A DNA stretch of 64,000 nucleotides, filler included, from Porpidia crustulata (Eukaryota), in NCBI GenBank assembly GCA_964255105.1. It is 4 parts of 4 records of this genome, joined end to end, with 100 filler letters (N's around TTAATTAATTAA, not from the genome) between each part and the next. Parts side by side here need not be neighbours in the genome. Positions count along the whole stretch, not along the records: positions 33,440 to 49,956 come from CAXUWE010000252.1; 3 more parts are not named here. The stretch is one strand, 5' to 3'. The position numbers and the translations under genes were made by a program. Shown in pieces: positions 37,422 through 50,056 of this stretch (position 1 is its first letter; every line of letters starts with the position of its first letter). The notes under the pieces were generated by a model. That model saw only the letters and a list, made by a program, of their open reading frames with translations, did not search any database and was not told the DNA's origin.

Positions 37422-38567
37422 ATGGTGGACTGGAGTCAAGCCGGCGGTGTAGCTGCTGTGGTTTCAGCACTTTATATACCCTTCGTTCTCTCACCCACAG
37501 CTACAATAGCTCTTTATCACGCTGGAAGGACTCTCTTCCAATGGTTATGGCCTGCGTCAGCCGTGTGTGACCGCCTATTGTGGGATGACATCCCTGATGG
37601 ACTGCTCCACGACTGCTCCGCGTTCGCCAGCTCTTGTCCGCATTCAGAATCGCATGAAAGAAGAACAAGCTGTTGGGAAGAAACGTTGGCCAAGGTCTTC
37701 TCTCGGGGCTGGATCTCGTCAATTCGCCGCAGCCAAGTAATTGCAAAGCCGGCTTCGCTTTCTTTAAAAAAGCAGTATCTATGTACAGATGTGAAGACTA
37801 TTCTAGCTTTCATAATTTGCTCCTCGTCCTACGAAGGTCGAAAAAAGACTTCTTGATTTCCCGACGGACTTCTATTCGGGGTTTCTTCTGTTGAAATCAA
37901 GGATATAAACAGCATTTTAGTCGCTCATCTTAGACGCACTATGTGCCAGAGTTAAACAAAAAAGACAGTCGATGGAATCCTCGCAGGATATCCCCCGTAC
38001 TATCGAGAATTACTCACTATGGATTATGGTCCGGTTGTCCATTTTCCGATACTAACTCGCAAGGATGTTTCCCGCGCTGGTTGGGTGATTGCTGCCGGTC
38101 TCTGTCAGCCTGAAGCCCTTCCATTCTTCCTCAGTCGTGAAAAATTCAGTGACAAGCCGATTAAGTGCGTTCGGGAGATTCTCAAATGGAAGTTCCAACC
38201 CGAATTTCCCTCTGATGCTAATTTAGAAGCTGCCTGTAGAGCTGTTAATCACTTGTGGGAAAGACAATCGGTAAGTGGTATGACCATGCACCTCACAGGG
38301 GATCTTAAATATTTCCGTACACCAGACAGACTACTGGATGACCACGAATGCATCTTTGCGATGGCAATTTTCAACGACTACAGTACTCTAACAGAGGAAG
38401 AGAAGAACAAATTGGAGCCTATCCTTCTTTCTGTCATACAGGCTGCAATATACGGGGCCTACAAGGTTATCCAACGCTTGAGATTCCAATCCCAGGCCCT
38501 CTCAATCCCAGATTCTCTACGCGATCCTGGACGATTAGTCTTCCTCGAAGACTGCAGTCGATCTTAG
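37422..38567 (+). pseudogene. Hypothetical fungal protein gene interrupted by two in-frame stops (TGA 37854, TAA 37953)
   Basis: ORFs 37377-37856 and 38019-38567 share one frame. The intervening sequence reads FPDGLLFGVSSVEIKDINSILVAHLRRTMCQS*TKKTVDGILAGYPPYYRELLT, with globular-protein composition. Confidence 0.6.
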
Positions 38568-39973
38568 AAAAGTAACGAGCCACCCAATCCAAAGGTTGTA
38601 CTCCCAAAGACTACTAAAAATGAAGAGGAGCATGAATGAACTTCAATCTATAGAAACAGCTCTCACAAGAGCGAAGAAGTATAGGATCTTAATGTCATAT
38701 ATTGATATTCGACATTCCAGTCGTAAACAAGAGTTGACAAAAAGTCTTCGTCAACGTGGCAGGCGAGTCTCATCGAAAGGGCACAGGTGCTTACACCGCT
38801 AAGACATCATCCCAAGAACCTAAAGGAGGGTCGACCCCTGTAAAATCACGAATGTGAGAACAGAGGCAAGAGAGCGAGACCTTTTCAATGGCACTACATC
38901 TCCCCATCCAAAGAAGAATCCTTCGAAATTTCAAGGCCTTTCCAGCAAAGTCGATCCAACGAGCTCGAAAAACGCCGCTGACTATATCACGGTCTGCTGT
39001 CCTTCCCAATCACATTCTAGAGCCATTCTGGACAAGATTTCCAATCGCAGGCCCTTGGCTGCCTAGGACTCGCTGTATTTGTGGGGAGATTATTCTTCAT
39101 AGATTTCATCTGCGTCTATTTGATTCCTCAAAAAGAATCTTGAAGTATCGGGAAAGAGATGTTTACTTGTTCCCTCGCTGAAGATATCGATTCTACGCTT
39201 GTCACACTTGACGACCGACTCTGCCATCGGTGTTCCAGGTCGACGATCTGTTGTGCTCTTGCAGCAGATTACATTGCGATGGCAAATTTGCGTTGCAGAG
39301 ACGGAATATACAAACCAGCCTGCTCTGGCTAGGCATAATTAAATACTGTTTTTTAGCCCGAGCTGTACACCACAGTCCGTTCATCGTCGCCGCACTGACT
39401 GGTGCGGCTCACTGCCTGCTGCGTTGTATGACTGGATAAATGGTGTACGCACTATTGTGTTTGATTATCCACTATTGACTCCGTAATTATCAATAGGCTG
39501 GGAGACGGCGCGATCGTTTGAAGATATGGTCATGGTAATCGCCTCTGCAAATAGGGTAGAAGCCATCAGCGGCGTGGCGGTATCGAGCGCCATCTTAAAT
39601 ATATTGCTTTCGATAGAGGTTTGGGAGAACAGCGGTTATAACGCTAATGATACTGAGGTGATTCCTCTACCGCATGTAAATGGAAACGGGCGACATAATT
39701 GTAGTAGACATAATTAGCCGCATCTGATTGGCTGTCGGAGCAGTGATTAAGCGCCAAGCGTCGGCCATTTACTTCCCGAGAGGTTAAGTTCAACGGTCCC
39801 TCGGTCTGTCTCTGTGCGTTCACTCAATGATCAATGGCGTCGACTTTGTGTGTGAACTTATGGAGAAAGACAAGGCCTCGACATGTAGACTCACCACGTC
39901 CACAGGGAGCTGAACTTTCAGAAGCTGAGTCGACAATCACGTACTAAATATTGTGATCGAAAGGACAGTGGGT

Positions 39974-41349
39974 ATGGGTGAATCCAATCACTTGGATGCG
40001 AGAGCCACAGCATTGAGTGATGACAGCGAATATGGAGGACCTCCAGTTACTGCTTCGGACTCGGAGCATCTTCTTCATCACGATCTCGAATTACAGGAGA
40101 TGTTGCCAAAAGTGCAACCAGGCTGGAAAGAGCTGTTCCTAAATCGTATATCAACAAGAAGGCGGAAGCGCCAGACACCAAGCTGTGAAGAAAGGCTCTG
40201 CGGACGTTGCGGCGAGGAGAACCTTGTAAGAAAAAGGCCATTACGGAAATGTGTGATTGTTGGACTTTGGATATTTGCGCTCTTGTGAGAACATGCCAAC
40301 TGCTTCAACTATTCCATTCAACTACTAATCGCTAGTGAAGTGGTGCACTACAACTGCTGAACCTATTGATCGGCCTAGCGCCATCGTTCCCGTCCGACGG
40401 CATCCATCGTATCCTTAGACACTGGGGAAAACCGGGTCAGATTGGCGATGGCTTATCTTCTTGGCCAACAGACTTCTCTCGAGGCATCCTTCCAGTATCG
40501 TGTCATTCTCATAACGACTATTGGCGCGAGGTCCCATTATACTCGGCCATTGAGGCAGGATGTATTAGTGTCGAAGCCGATGTTTGGCTCATAGATGAAG
40601 AACTATACGTTGGCCATGATCGTGCAAGCCTCACGAATGAGCGCACTCTCGCTAATCTCTATATAAATCCGCTTCTCGAGATTCTATTAAACCAAAATCC
40701 TATCACTTCCTTCCACCCTGACGGTAACACTAGCCTCCATGGTGTCTTTGACACCACTCCTGAACAGTCTCTTGTGCTTCTGATCGACTTCAAAACGCCC
40801 GGTCATGACCTATGGCCTCATGTGCTTTCTGCTCTTAAGCCTCTCCGCGAACGACAGTACCTGACCCATTATGATAGCTTTCGGATGATCCACGGTCCTA
40901 TCACAGTTGTTGGAACCGGTAACACTCCCTTTGACTCGATTTCTTCTGATTCGTCTAATCCTCATCATGACGTCTTCTTTGACGCCCCGTTGGATCAAAT
41001 GTCAAGAGACAAAGTCTCACTCCAGGCTTCTCCCAATCTTAGCTCCGAAGGCCGAAATAACTCCATGAACCAAGATGTGTACGATCCCTCGAACTCCTTC
41101 TACGCCAGTGCTTCTTTCCGTGATGCAATCGGATATCCATGGCGGGGCCATTTGACGGACCAGCAGCTTACCCTGATCAGGGGACAAATTGCTGATGCCC
41201 ATAAAAGGGGGCTTAAGGCAAGGTATTGGGATCTACCATTTTGGCCAATTGGACTAAGAGACAACATCTGGGACGTCCTGGTGAAAGAAGGTATTGATTT
41301 ATTGAACGTGGATGATTTAGCAGCAGCTACGCAACAAAAATGGACATGA
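39974..41349 (+). CDS. AIM6: Aim6-like PLC-like phosphodiesterase with membrane anchor
   Basis: CHSHNDYWREVPLYSAIEAGCISVEADVWL, LYVGHD, LYINPL, LVLLIDFK, ARYWDLP, LLNVDDL; intron about 40285-40340 within a hydrophobic segment. Confidence 0.82.
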
Positions 41350-41859
41350 CCAGCTATAGCTATCTTTACATTAGCGAGGCGTTGGTGATGCTTGAGTTCT
41401 AAATGTAATCGATGTCGCTTGCTACATGCATCGGTCTAGAAGGAGCTCCGAGATACCCTAGACTACAGGTGGCGTCGACGCCAGTATACACATGGACAAC
41501 ACGTAATTACAATTTTCAGAGCATTGTACTATGCAGCATTATCATGAGGCACGCACTTGATCCGAGTAGGACTCGGCGGTCGTAAACTGAAGCCTGATTA
41601 CTCTCCTTCCTCATGTCTTCTCTCTCATACGAGAATCTTGAGCGAATGCAGATTAGCGAGCCTTAGCGCCACTGTAATATTTGGTGTAACAAATAAATCT
41701 CGTCGCGAACCCCACGCACTTGACCACTCTGCCACAGCCCCGAACATCAACGAGATCAAGTTTGCGTTCGAAACCCAGCGACGCTTGCCCGCATCGCCCT
41801 ATTTTCCATGTATCCTTAGAAACGAGCACGCTGTTGGCGAATAATGCCGTCGTGGGAAG

Positions 41860-44800
41860 ATGGCAAAAGGTTTGGATGATTTGATTAGGCACCTGGTAGA
41901 TGAAGTTGCGCTTTGCGGGGTGGAAGGTGAGACAGTTTTTCAGTGGTTTTTTTTGAATAGCTTCGGCACCTCGAATTTCGCTTCGAACATTGCTCGAGAT
42001 CAATGCCTAAATCCATTCACAAAAGTATTTCTTCATCAAGTGCTGTAGGCGTGCGAATTGTTCAACACAGTCTCGATATCTTCCTATTCATGCATCGATT
42101 TCATAACCTATCCTCCACCGACACTGATCATTCAAAGGAGCTACTATATGTGACTTTGTCAAATATCTCCACGCGTACTATGAAGAGCAATCGCCGTCTG
42201 ATAGCGCTACTTGCACCATCGACCGCCCGTTTCAAGAGAAAATCTGGGGATGGCTTATTCGTCATCGTGACATCGGGGTCGGCAAGAACAAGGAAGGTAA
42301 CAAGTTGAGCCTCTCCGAAGCGCAATCTTTAGATCTCGCCCAATCAAACCCAAAAAAATCGAGACAAACCAATGGCAACCGATCAGTGACGGCGCAAGAT
42401 GTAGCGACAATAAGCCCTCATGAGAGGGAGACTCCTCTGCACAGTGCTGACGACGGATTGCCTGTTTCAGCAAAGAATCGCTGGAAAGGCTCATCTGAAA
42501 AACACAACAGTGAACATAAATCAAAGACTTCCGGCGGGCTTCGGTTGTATGGCAGCGAGGATCGTATGTGGCAAGTGGCGGCAGGTCATGGGCCGGATCC
42601 TGTCAAGGTCTCTACTACCGAGTTTGCCTGCCTCTCAATCATAGCAGCTCGAGGATCTAAAGGCATCCTGCAGCCGGAGCTTGTCGAGATCAGCGGCCAA
42701 GACAAGCGATCCCTCCCTCGGCGAACTGATCAACTCCATAGGAATGGCTACATCGAAAAGAGACCAGTCTTAGTCCATGGGAATAGGACAAGCCTTTGTA
42801 CACTGAAAAGATTCGTTACTACGACCGCAATCGTTGATCGCACCTCCTTCTCCGCAACAGACACCGCCTCATCCCAAATTCAAAAGGGTAATGTTCTCGA
42901 TATACTTTCATTGACGAACGGTATCTTTGAACATCTAAGGCCCCTGGAGATTATCACAACAGAAGATTTGAAGAAGAAGCTAGTACGCAATCCGTATCGC
43001 TAGGAACATGACAACAATTGATTGATTTACAGGGTATTTCGGGCCTTAGATGGCCGATGAAAGTTCTAGCCAGGACGTTGCGACAACTCGAGGCTCTGGG
43101 CTGCGTAAAACAAGTCAGAGCACAAGCCAACACCGACATAGCTACTGCTTTATATTTTAGATGCGTCAAATTGATTCGAGAACCCGATGAGACCGAATGG
43201 CAAATGTTTCTGTCCCCTCACCGTGGGCAAGCGAACCAAACTATCGTCACAGAGGATGGGGATCTTGACGCAGATTACGAAAGCGACGACGAGTATGGGT
43301 TGGCCGAGTCGTTAGGTAGACTAGAGGAAAATGGCGCCCAATTCACCAATTTGGCAGATTCAGGAAGACCCGTTGCTCAGTGGGACGGACACCGCTGTTT
43401 AAACAATTTCCTATTCGACCTGATAAATAAGGCGGGGACTCGGGGAATGAGTACTATGGTTCGTCATCAACCAAGCAGAGCGCTAGTGCAAAATAACTTA
43501 CTGTTGCTCAGGACATTAAGCGTTACGCATTCGGAGGATTGAATAAAAAGCCCCTCGACTATCAAATCGGAAGGCTCACGTGTCAATGGCAGGTTTCGCA
43601 GCCTCCGCATCTTCGTCATCTAGCAATCGTCAAAGATACCGCGATGAATAAGACCATCTCTTACTATGTTCACTATTCTTACAAGAATTTCAAAGCCTTA
43701 GTAGATAGCGGCAAAGCATCTTGGGAAGCGGTCAATGCAGTCTCAGAAAGCAAGAAAAAAGGGAAAAATCCAGCTGCTACCGTCCACAATAAATTGGGTG
43801 TCGATGAGTATGGCTTCCCACGGTTGCAGACAACATTATTCCAAGGTCAGAGGAATAACGCGACACCCTCCGAGTGTGCTTTGGCGGCTAAGCCGAAGCC
43901 AATATCTTTGACCGGACTTGATCTCACACCAAAGCAGCTTAGTGACGGTAATTACAGTAACTATAAAGCATCTTGCTTAATTGGAGATTCAGCTGACGTT
44001 CTTCCCTAGCGCTCCAACACGAATCTAAGCTTCGTACAACCTATCCCCAACGTGCCCCCGATGCCCCGAAACAACCTCGAGAGCATAAACCATCAAATCT
44101 CTCATTCAAACCACGCGGTCGGCCACGCAAACTTCCAAGATCAGGCATACCAGCCAATATAGGCTCCATGGCTCCTAAAGAGATTCAGAAGTTGTTGCAC
44201 GCTCAGCAAGCAGCTGTCAAGTATGATGTGCAAAAAATCGAGAAAGAGATTGACAGACGCGTTGAAGCAGGAGCAGAATACACTGAAACTGTGAATGAAG
44301 TGCTTCGGGAGGTGGAGCGCGAACATACTAAACTAGGCTTGCCACCGTCTTTAGCGGTGAAAGCGGTCCATATCCGATCTAGCACGCTCGAAGGCCGTGT
44401 GAACAATCCTATCGTACCAGCAGGAGTGATTGCAGAGATCCCTGGAACAGTTGGGATCAGTCCCTTCAAAGCCCCCAGGAAAAGCAGACCACCTCAGGGC
44501 AAGAAGACGACGTGTTCCGCCGAATACCAACCTTCGATTGTCGCTCACTCACAGCTCACACTGCCACCACCTCTTGCAGCTATCAAGACACCTAAGGAAT
44601 CTACAATCAAGACAGCGTCAATTACATCTCGCAAACGCTTCCCGAGCATTTGTTTGGCCTATATGCCATCTATTGCTGCCCATAGTCAGCCGAACTTACT
44701 GCATTCTTCAGTTACTAAACCTCATGACTCGATGCTCCCCCCAGAAACGGCCGGACCTCAAAGTCCACAAAATGCCGCCCAAGGAGGGGTATATGAGCGA

Positions 44801-47800
44801 CATCCAGTGCTTAAGGATACTTTTGTTGACCAGTCCCCGCCTAGTGCTTTGCGTCTCAAAAGAAAGCGATCAGAGGTTGGATTATCTGGATCCGAAAAAC
44901 GCATTACTCGATTGTATCAGCCTTCAATTACTGCACAAGATCAAGATGTCCATGTTCGTCAGCAGACTGCAACTCAAGATTTTGTGGCAAGAGAATTGTT
45001 GGTCAGTATAAGAACCGAGTCAGAATTGAAGAACTACAGAAAACAGCTCAATGATATCAAACGACCTACGAGTGGAGTCTTCATTGGCCGACGCACCACG
45101 GTTTATCGTAAGGGTGGTAGCGGGCCGAGAAAGAGTCAATTCGCTATATTCAAGTCGCACCGCTTGAACGAACTCATTTGCTTTCAAGTTGAGGCATTAA
45201 GTCCTCAACAGAAGCCACAAATTACTCGTGATCGAACCCCTGAGGCAAGATCAAGCACCGATGCCTTACCCGATTCAGCTCTTGAACCGATCGAAAGCCA
45301 TCAGTCTATTGGCGGTAGACTTGACATGCCAGCAGGGCCTACAGATGTTCGAGACTCGCTAGTTCCTGAAGTTGTCGTTCTACGAAATACCGAAGAATCA
45401 AATGAAGTATCACATTTTCCCTCTGTAAGTTTGAATGATAGCCTCGGTCAATTGGAAGGGACGACGTCTGTGGCGCCAAATCTTCCAACGGAGCCACAGC
45501 CGTCCAATCTTATGCAAGACCACTCGCAAAATAGACTACTTGAGACTGTCGAGGGATCACCGAATACTACGGCCGAATCTTCTCATGAAAACTCTCATTC
45601 ACTACATACTTCGCAACCACCAGAGACCGGGCCTTCTACAGCGCCGTTTGTTGACTCTATACGACAAGATGGTTCTGAGCTGCCTAAGGCCTCACAGATT
45701 GCCCATAGCACATCAGAACGTTGTCTACCGGCCGACAACCAAATATTCGCTTGTAAGGGCGGTACAAGAGATAGATTCTTGAATGATAGCGAAAAAATCA
45801 TGGCTTCTCCTGAAACCCGTCTGAAAGCGGGAAAGCAGGGCCAATCGAAAGTTATAGCAAACAAAATGACTTTGACCGGAGGATCTGTAGGGTTTCTACG
45901 AAGGAGAATCATCTTGGAAATTATAGAGAAATGTGGAGGGGTTTTCCCGAGCGATAGAGAGCTCGTATACCCCTTCATCTACGCATGGCAGAAGGAGGGT
46001 AAGCCCGGGTCGCCAGAGAGAGCAACAGTGACAGCAGCATGCAAATCATTGTATGCGTCTGGCAAGCTTCGACAGCTGTATTTCAGCTTCAAGGCCAAGA
46101 ATGGGGTCATGGTGACGAAGCCAATGATGACACTACAGGAAGTCAGTCCGACCGATCCCAAGGTGAAAGAAGTCCAACGAAAGATTATCGATGCTTACCC
46201 TAGGTATTATATCCCTGACGAAGCAGAAATTCCCGAGGATGTCCGCACACGAGTGTCCGCTCCTATTGCGTATGGGAACAATAGAACTTTCCCTTATCTT
46301 GAGATTGATCATGAAGCTCGCGTCGAATTACAGCATAAGCCCCTATACGTGCGGCGGATCGAATCCCCAGAGACGCCCAGAAGCAAGGTACCTAAACATA
46401 TGACAACTTCAGAGATTGGTATGTCCGCACAATCACCAAAATCTAAAACGGACAGTCTCAATAGCAGTGATGTCTCCACCAAATCGAAAGAAGCAAATTC
46501 ACCACGCATAATTGCTTCTTCTGGAAATAATTATGGATTCGTCCGACGGCCCGACCTTGACCCAAACCAAAACTTACCTACGCGAAAGGTTCAACGACTT
46601 GCAAGTATCATCAAGCCAAAAACGGCAGCAGAAAATCCCGTTACATCTTATGATATTTCTTCCCTGTCGGAGTCTCTACAGCGTCTGCAATCATATCCCC
46701 CACTTTCAGCAGTAGATGCTGCCTATGATTTCACCAAACTTGCTCCTAATCCAAAGACGCACTTTGGTGATGGAAGCAGATCTCTGGCTGATATTGCAGA
46801 TCCTTCACCTGGCGTCGTTGAACCACAATTCGATCCTCCAGAAAGCTCTCTTTTCAGGGGTGACTCTAGTGGGGCCTGGCAAAGGGAAACATATCTACCA
46901 AACGCATTTGCAAGCGAGACTCATTCGCTTCAATCTGGTGTACCTGACTTGTTTGAAGAGAATGTCACGCCAAGCAATGGATTTCCTCAAGGGAAATCTC
47001 AGACTCGACTAAAAAAAGCATCTAAACCGTATTTTCCTTCTACAGCCGCCCATACGCAGCCATTGCTACGACCGACCCGAAGAACTAGGATGAAGCGATA
47101 TTTACCATCTATTGCCGCTCATACGCAGCCTATCTGTAAGCCGATCACGCTCAAGCGTAGATATGTGCCACAATTGCAGAGACCTTGGAGTCGGAGAAAG
47201 CTAGAACCAAACTGGCCTAAAGTCAAATCGCTTCCTCGGCCGCAACCAAAGCCAATGAAGAGGCCAAGCAGAAGCCTAGCATCTCTTTCGACAACAGTCT
47301 CGAGTGTGAAAGCGTCATACGCATTGAGAACTTTGGATGGCCTGAGCATCGACCCATGGTACGCGCATAATCAAGATTCGACTATCATGAATCCAGAGCA
47401 CATCTTTCACAAGGCAAGCGGTACTTACTCGACAGTATTCAGACAGGTCGATACAATGCTGGAAGCTACGAAGCCCGACCAGGTCTACTCTGACTGGGGA
47501 CTATCTGAGAAGCCCTCCGTGGAATGGAAGAACCCAGAGCAAAATCCCAATGCTACTGAGTTTGAAGCCGAAGTTGACAAATTACTCAAGTGGGAGCTAG
47601 CGACTCAGAATTTTAAGCATGCCACTCGCACGGATTACCCGTTGATTAATCATATATTCCGACACCCGCACGAAGTTTCCACTATTCCTATCATCAACAT
47701 GAACGATGCTGTACATGTGTTTTTTTCTAAACTTGATAGTCGTCTTCTTTACAGAAAGTTCGCCCCGTCCATAGTTTCGCGTGTGGCTCCTATAGTCAAA

Positions 47801-49477
47801 GCGGCTGAAAAGATCGCCCCAAAGACAAGAAAAGTATTAGCACCAGTATCGTCTGATCCAGTTAAGAAAGTTGCGAAGCAACACAAGCGCAAGCGCGAAC
47901 CAGAGCCGAAGGAATATCTTATGTCCCGTCGTCTCACAGCGCTTCCAGATGGTCAAAGTCGTGCCCGCCCTCGACGCTCAGGTGGAACTCTTGGGGCAAA
48001 GGAAGCGGACGGAAGGCCTATCAAATTGCGAAGGATACGTGGACCACAATCAAAGGAGAATCTCGGGAAACAAGGCGAGGAACGTTTGATTTTTGCAACC
48101 CTGGTCATTCGAACTTTGACCGGAGGGGTCGAACGTCACATTGATTGGGTTCTAGTAGCTCGGTTATTCGAACCTCAATTTGACCAAATGTTCGTACAGA
48201 ATCGTTGGAACTCTGTACTGAACAAATACCGCTTTGAATACGAAAGGCTGTATTCTCAGTTTCAGGATCTATTTACCCAAGCGTATGAGGACGGAACAGT
48301 CCCACCGATCGATTACGACGATTTGGAGAATTATGATTGGGCATGGCTCGTTGATTGGACGATGGAGAACATTGAAGCACCATCAAAGGAAACACCAAGT
48401 TTACTTGCAGACCGCCCCAAATTCGATGAACAATTCGATTTACGAGAAACTCATGAGAATGACTTGCAGATCTTTTACGAGACTGAAGTGGTTCATTCTG
48501 TTCCATTGCGGACCACTAATATACTCAAACAAACCTACGTCTGTCCGTTGGAGGATGAACGTCATGCTCCAACTGATCAGGTTTCAGCACAGTTTGCAGT
48601 TGCGAAGAATTGGATTCGTGCTAATATCGTCACTCCAGAGGAACGCTACAATTCCGAATTGGCAAAAGAGAGACTACTCAAGTTTGATGAAGCCACCATT
48701 GAGCTTGCATTGAAGGACTTGATGGCATCCCGTATCCTCTCTCAGCAGAACAAGGGCAGACTTGTCCCTGGTCGGAACTATTACATTTCTCAATATTCTA
48801 TGGATCGTCTAAAGAAGAATCTAGAAGTCGAACAATTCATCGGCGCCGCAGCGTACAAGCGCCAAATAGATAAGGATTTGGAAGAAAATGGCACTGTTGA
48901 CTTTTCCCCACTTGCCGGAGACGGCGTTGTCATTGGTTTGATGAACATGCAAGCCCAAGGTCGCATTGAAATCAGACCAAAAGACCCACCGATGAACAAG
49001 TTTGGCTTGATCGATGGGGGCTATGAAACCAGGAAAATGGATAAGTCACGTCTAAACTTCACATGCGAGATTCGGCCAAACGATACCTACGTGCTTGGCA
49101 ATCCCCTTCTACCTCTTCCACCGCCTCCGTCACAATATCTCGGCATTCCCATGTCCAAAATCCCGTTTTGGTATGATATTCACGACGCGCTCATACCGTC
49201 ACTGTGGAACATGGTTGTTGCAGCGATACTGTCACTTTTGTCGTTACGACCTGGGATCACCGCAAAGGAATTGGAGAAGAACATGAGGCCAATCCTGGAG
49301 ACGTGGGAGATTGAGCAAGTTTTGGAATGGATGGTGGATGCAAAGGCGGCGACGAAGAAGCGCAATAATTATACGGTTACAGAGTGGTGGTGGCTGTGTA
49401 TAGATGTTGGGAAATGGGAAGAGGATGTAGGGGTCGAGGTCAGGGAGACGACTGGCATGATTGTGGACGAAGACTGA
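41860..49477 (+). CDS. sfc3: RNA polymerase III transcription factor TFIIIC B-box-binding subunit (Sfc3/Tfc3), multi-exon
   Basis: N-terminal LDDLIRHLVDEVALCG, B-block region FACLSIIAARGSKGILQPELVEISGQDKRSLPRRTDQL, AT-hook PRGRPRK (44111-44131), RRRIILEIIEKCGGVFP, C-terminal IDWVLV, LVPGRNY, IPFWYDIH, EWWWL. Confidence 0.87.
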
Positions 49478-49956
49478 TGCATGGCGACTGGCGGAATGGG
49501 TATAATCTGGAGGTCTTTGTCAAGATGATGCATGGATAGCTTCGGCGGTGTTTTTGCATTTATAGCACTATACCCCTGTGGATTAGATGTATGGTGGACG
49601 CAAGAGCGGTAGTGCTGCCGATCGCTGCAGACGTAGTAAAAATAGTAGTTTCACCAATGCAATGAAACGAATAATGCAGAGCATCTTTTGCGCAGCCTGA
49701 AAGCATATTCAGTCTCAGTATATGATTATACAGCGTTTTGTAGTTACACGCGTCTTTGATGATGAGTGACAGTGATGAATTAGGGTATTAGGGTATTAGG
49801 GTTTCAAAGTTGCCAGATCGACAGAGTCGCCACCCGTACCTTGGCATCTATCCGCATTTTTCCAACAGCTCCCACCCTCCAAATGCGACACGTCAACGGA
49901 GATATTCTCCCCTTCATCTGAACACAAAAACCCACACATCACCACCTCATAAATAG

Positions 49957-50056
49957 NNNNNNNNNNNNNNNNNNNNNNNNNNNNNNNNNNNNNNNNNNNN
50001 TTAATTAATTAANNNNNNNNNNNNNNNNNNNNNNNNNNNNNNNNNNNNNNNNNNNN
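49957..50056. other. Artificial scaffold spacer (44N-TTAATTAATTAA-44N)
   Basis: Same 100-nt structure; truncates the WW/PhoD gene. Confidence 0.97.

Noticed and set aside
5211..37955. Genetic-code reassignment as the cause of in-frame stops
   Set aside because: Conserved genes in the window terminate normally with TGA, TAG and TAA, and none has internal stops.
49780..49802. Three TTAGGG hexamers in a (TTAGGGTA)x3 repeat near a contig end
   Set aside because: 8-nt period, only three copies, with ordinary sequence beyond; not a telomere.
16639..50056. TTAATTAATTAA palindrome in three gaps spaced about 16.6-16.7 kb apart
   Set aside because: Identical 100-nt N-padded six-frame-stop linker, an assembly or concatenation artefact. 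The near-regular spacing has no supportable biological meaning.
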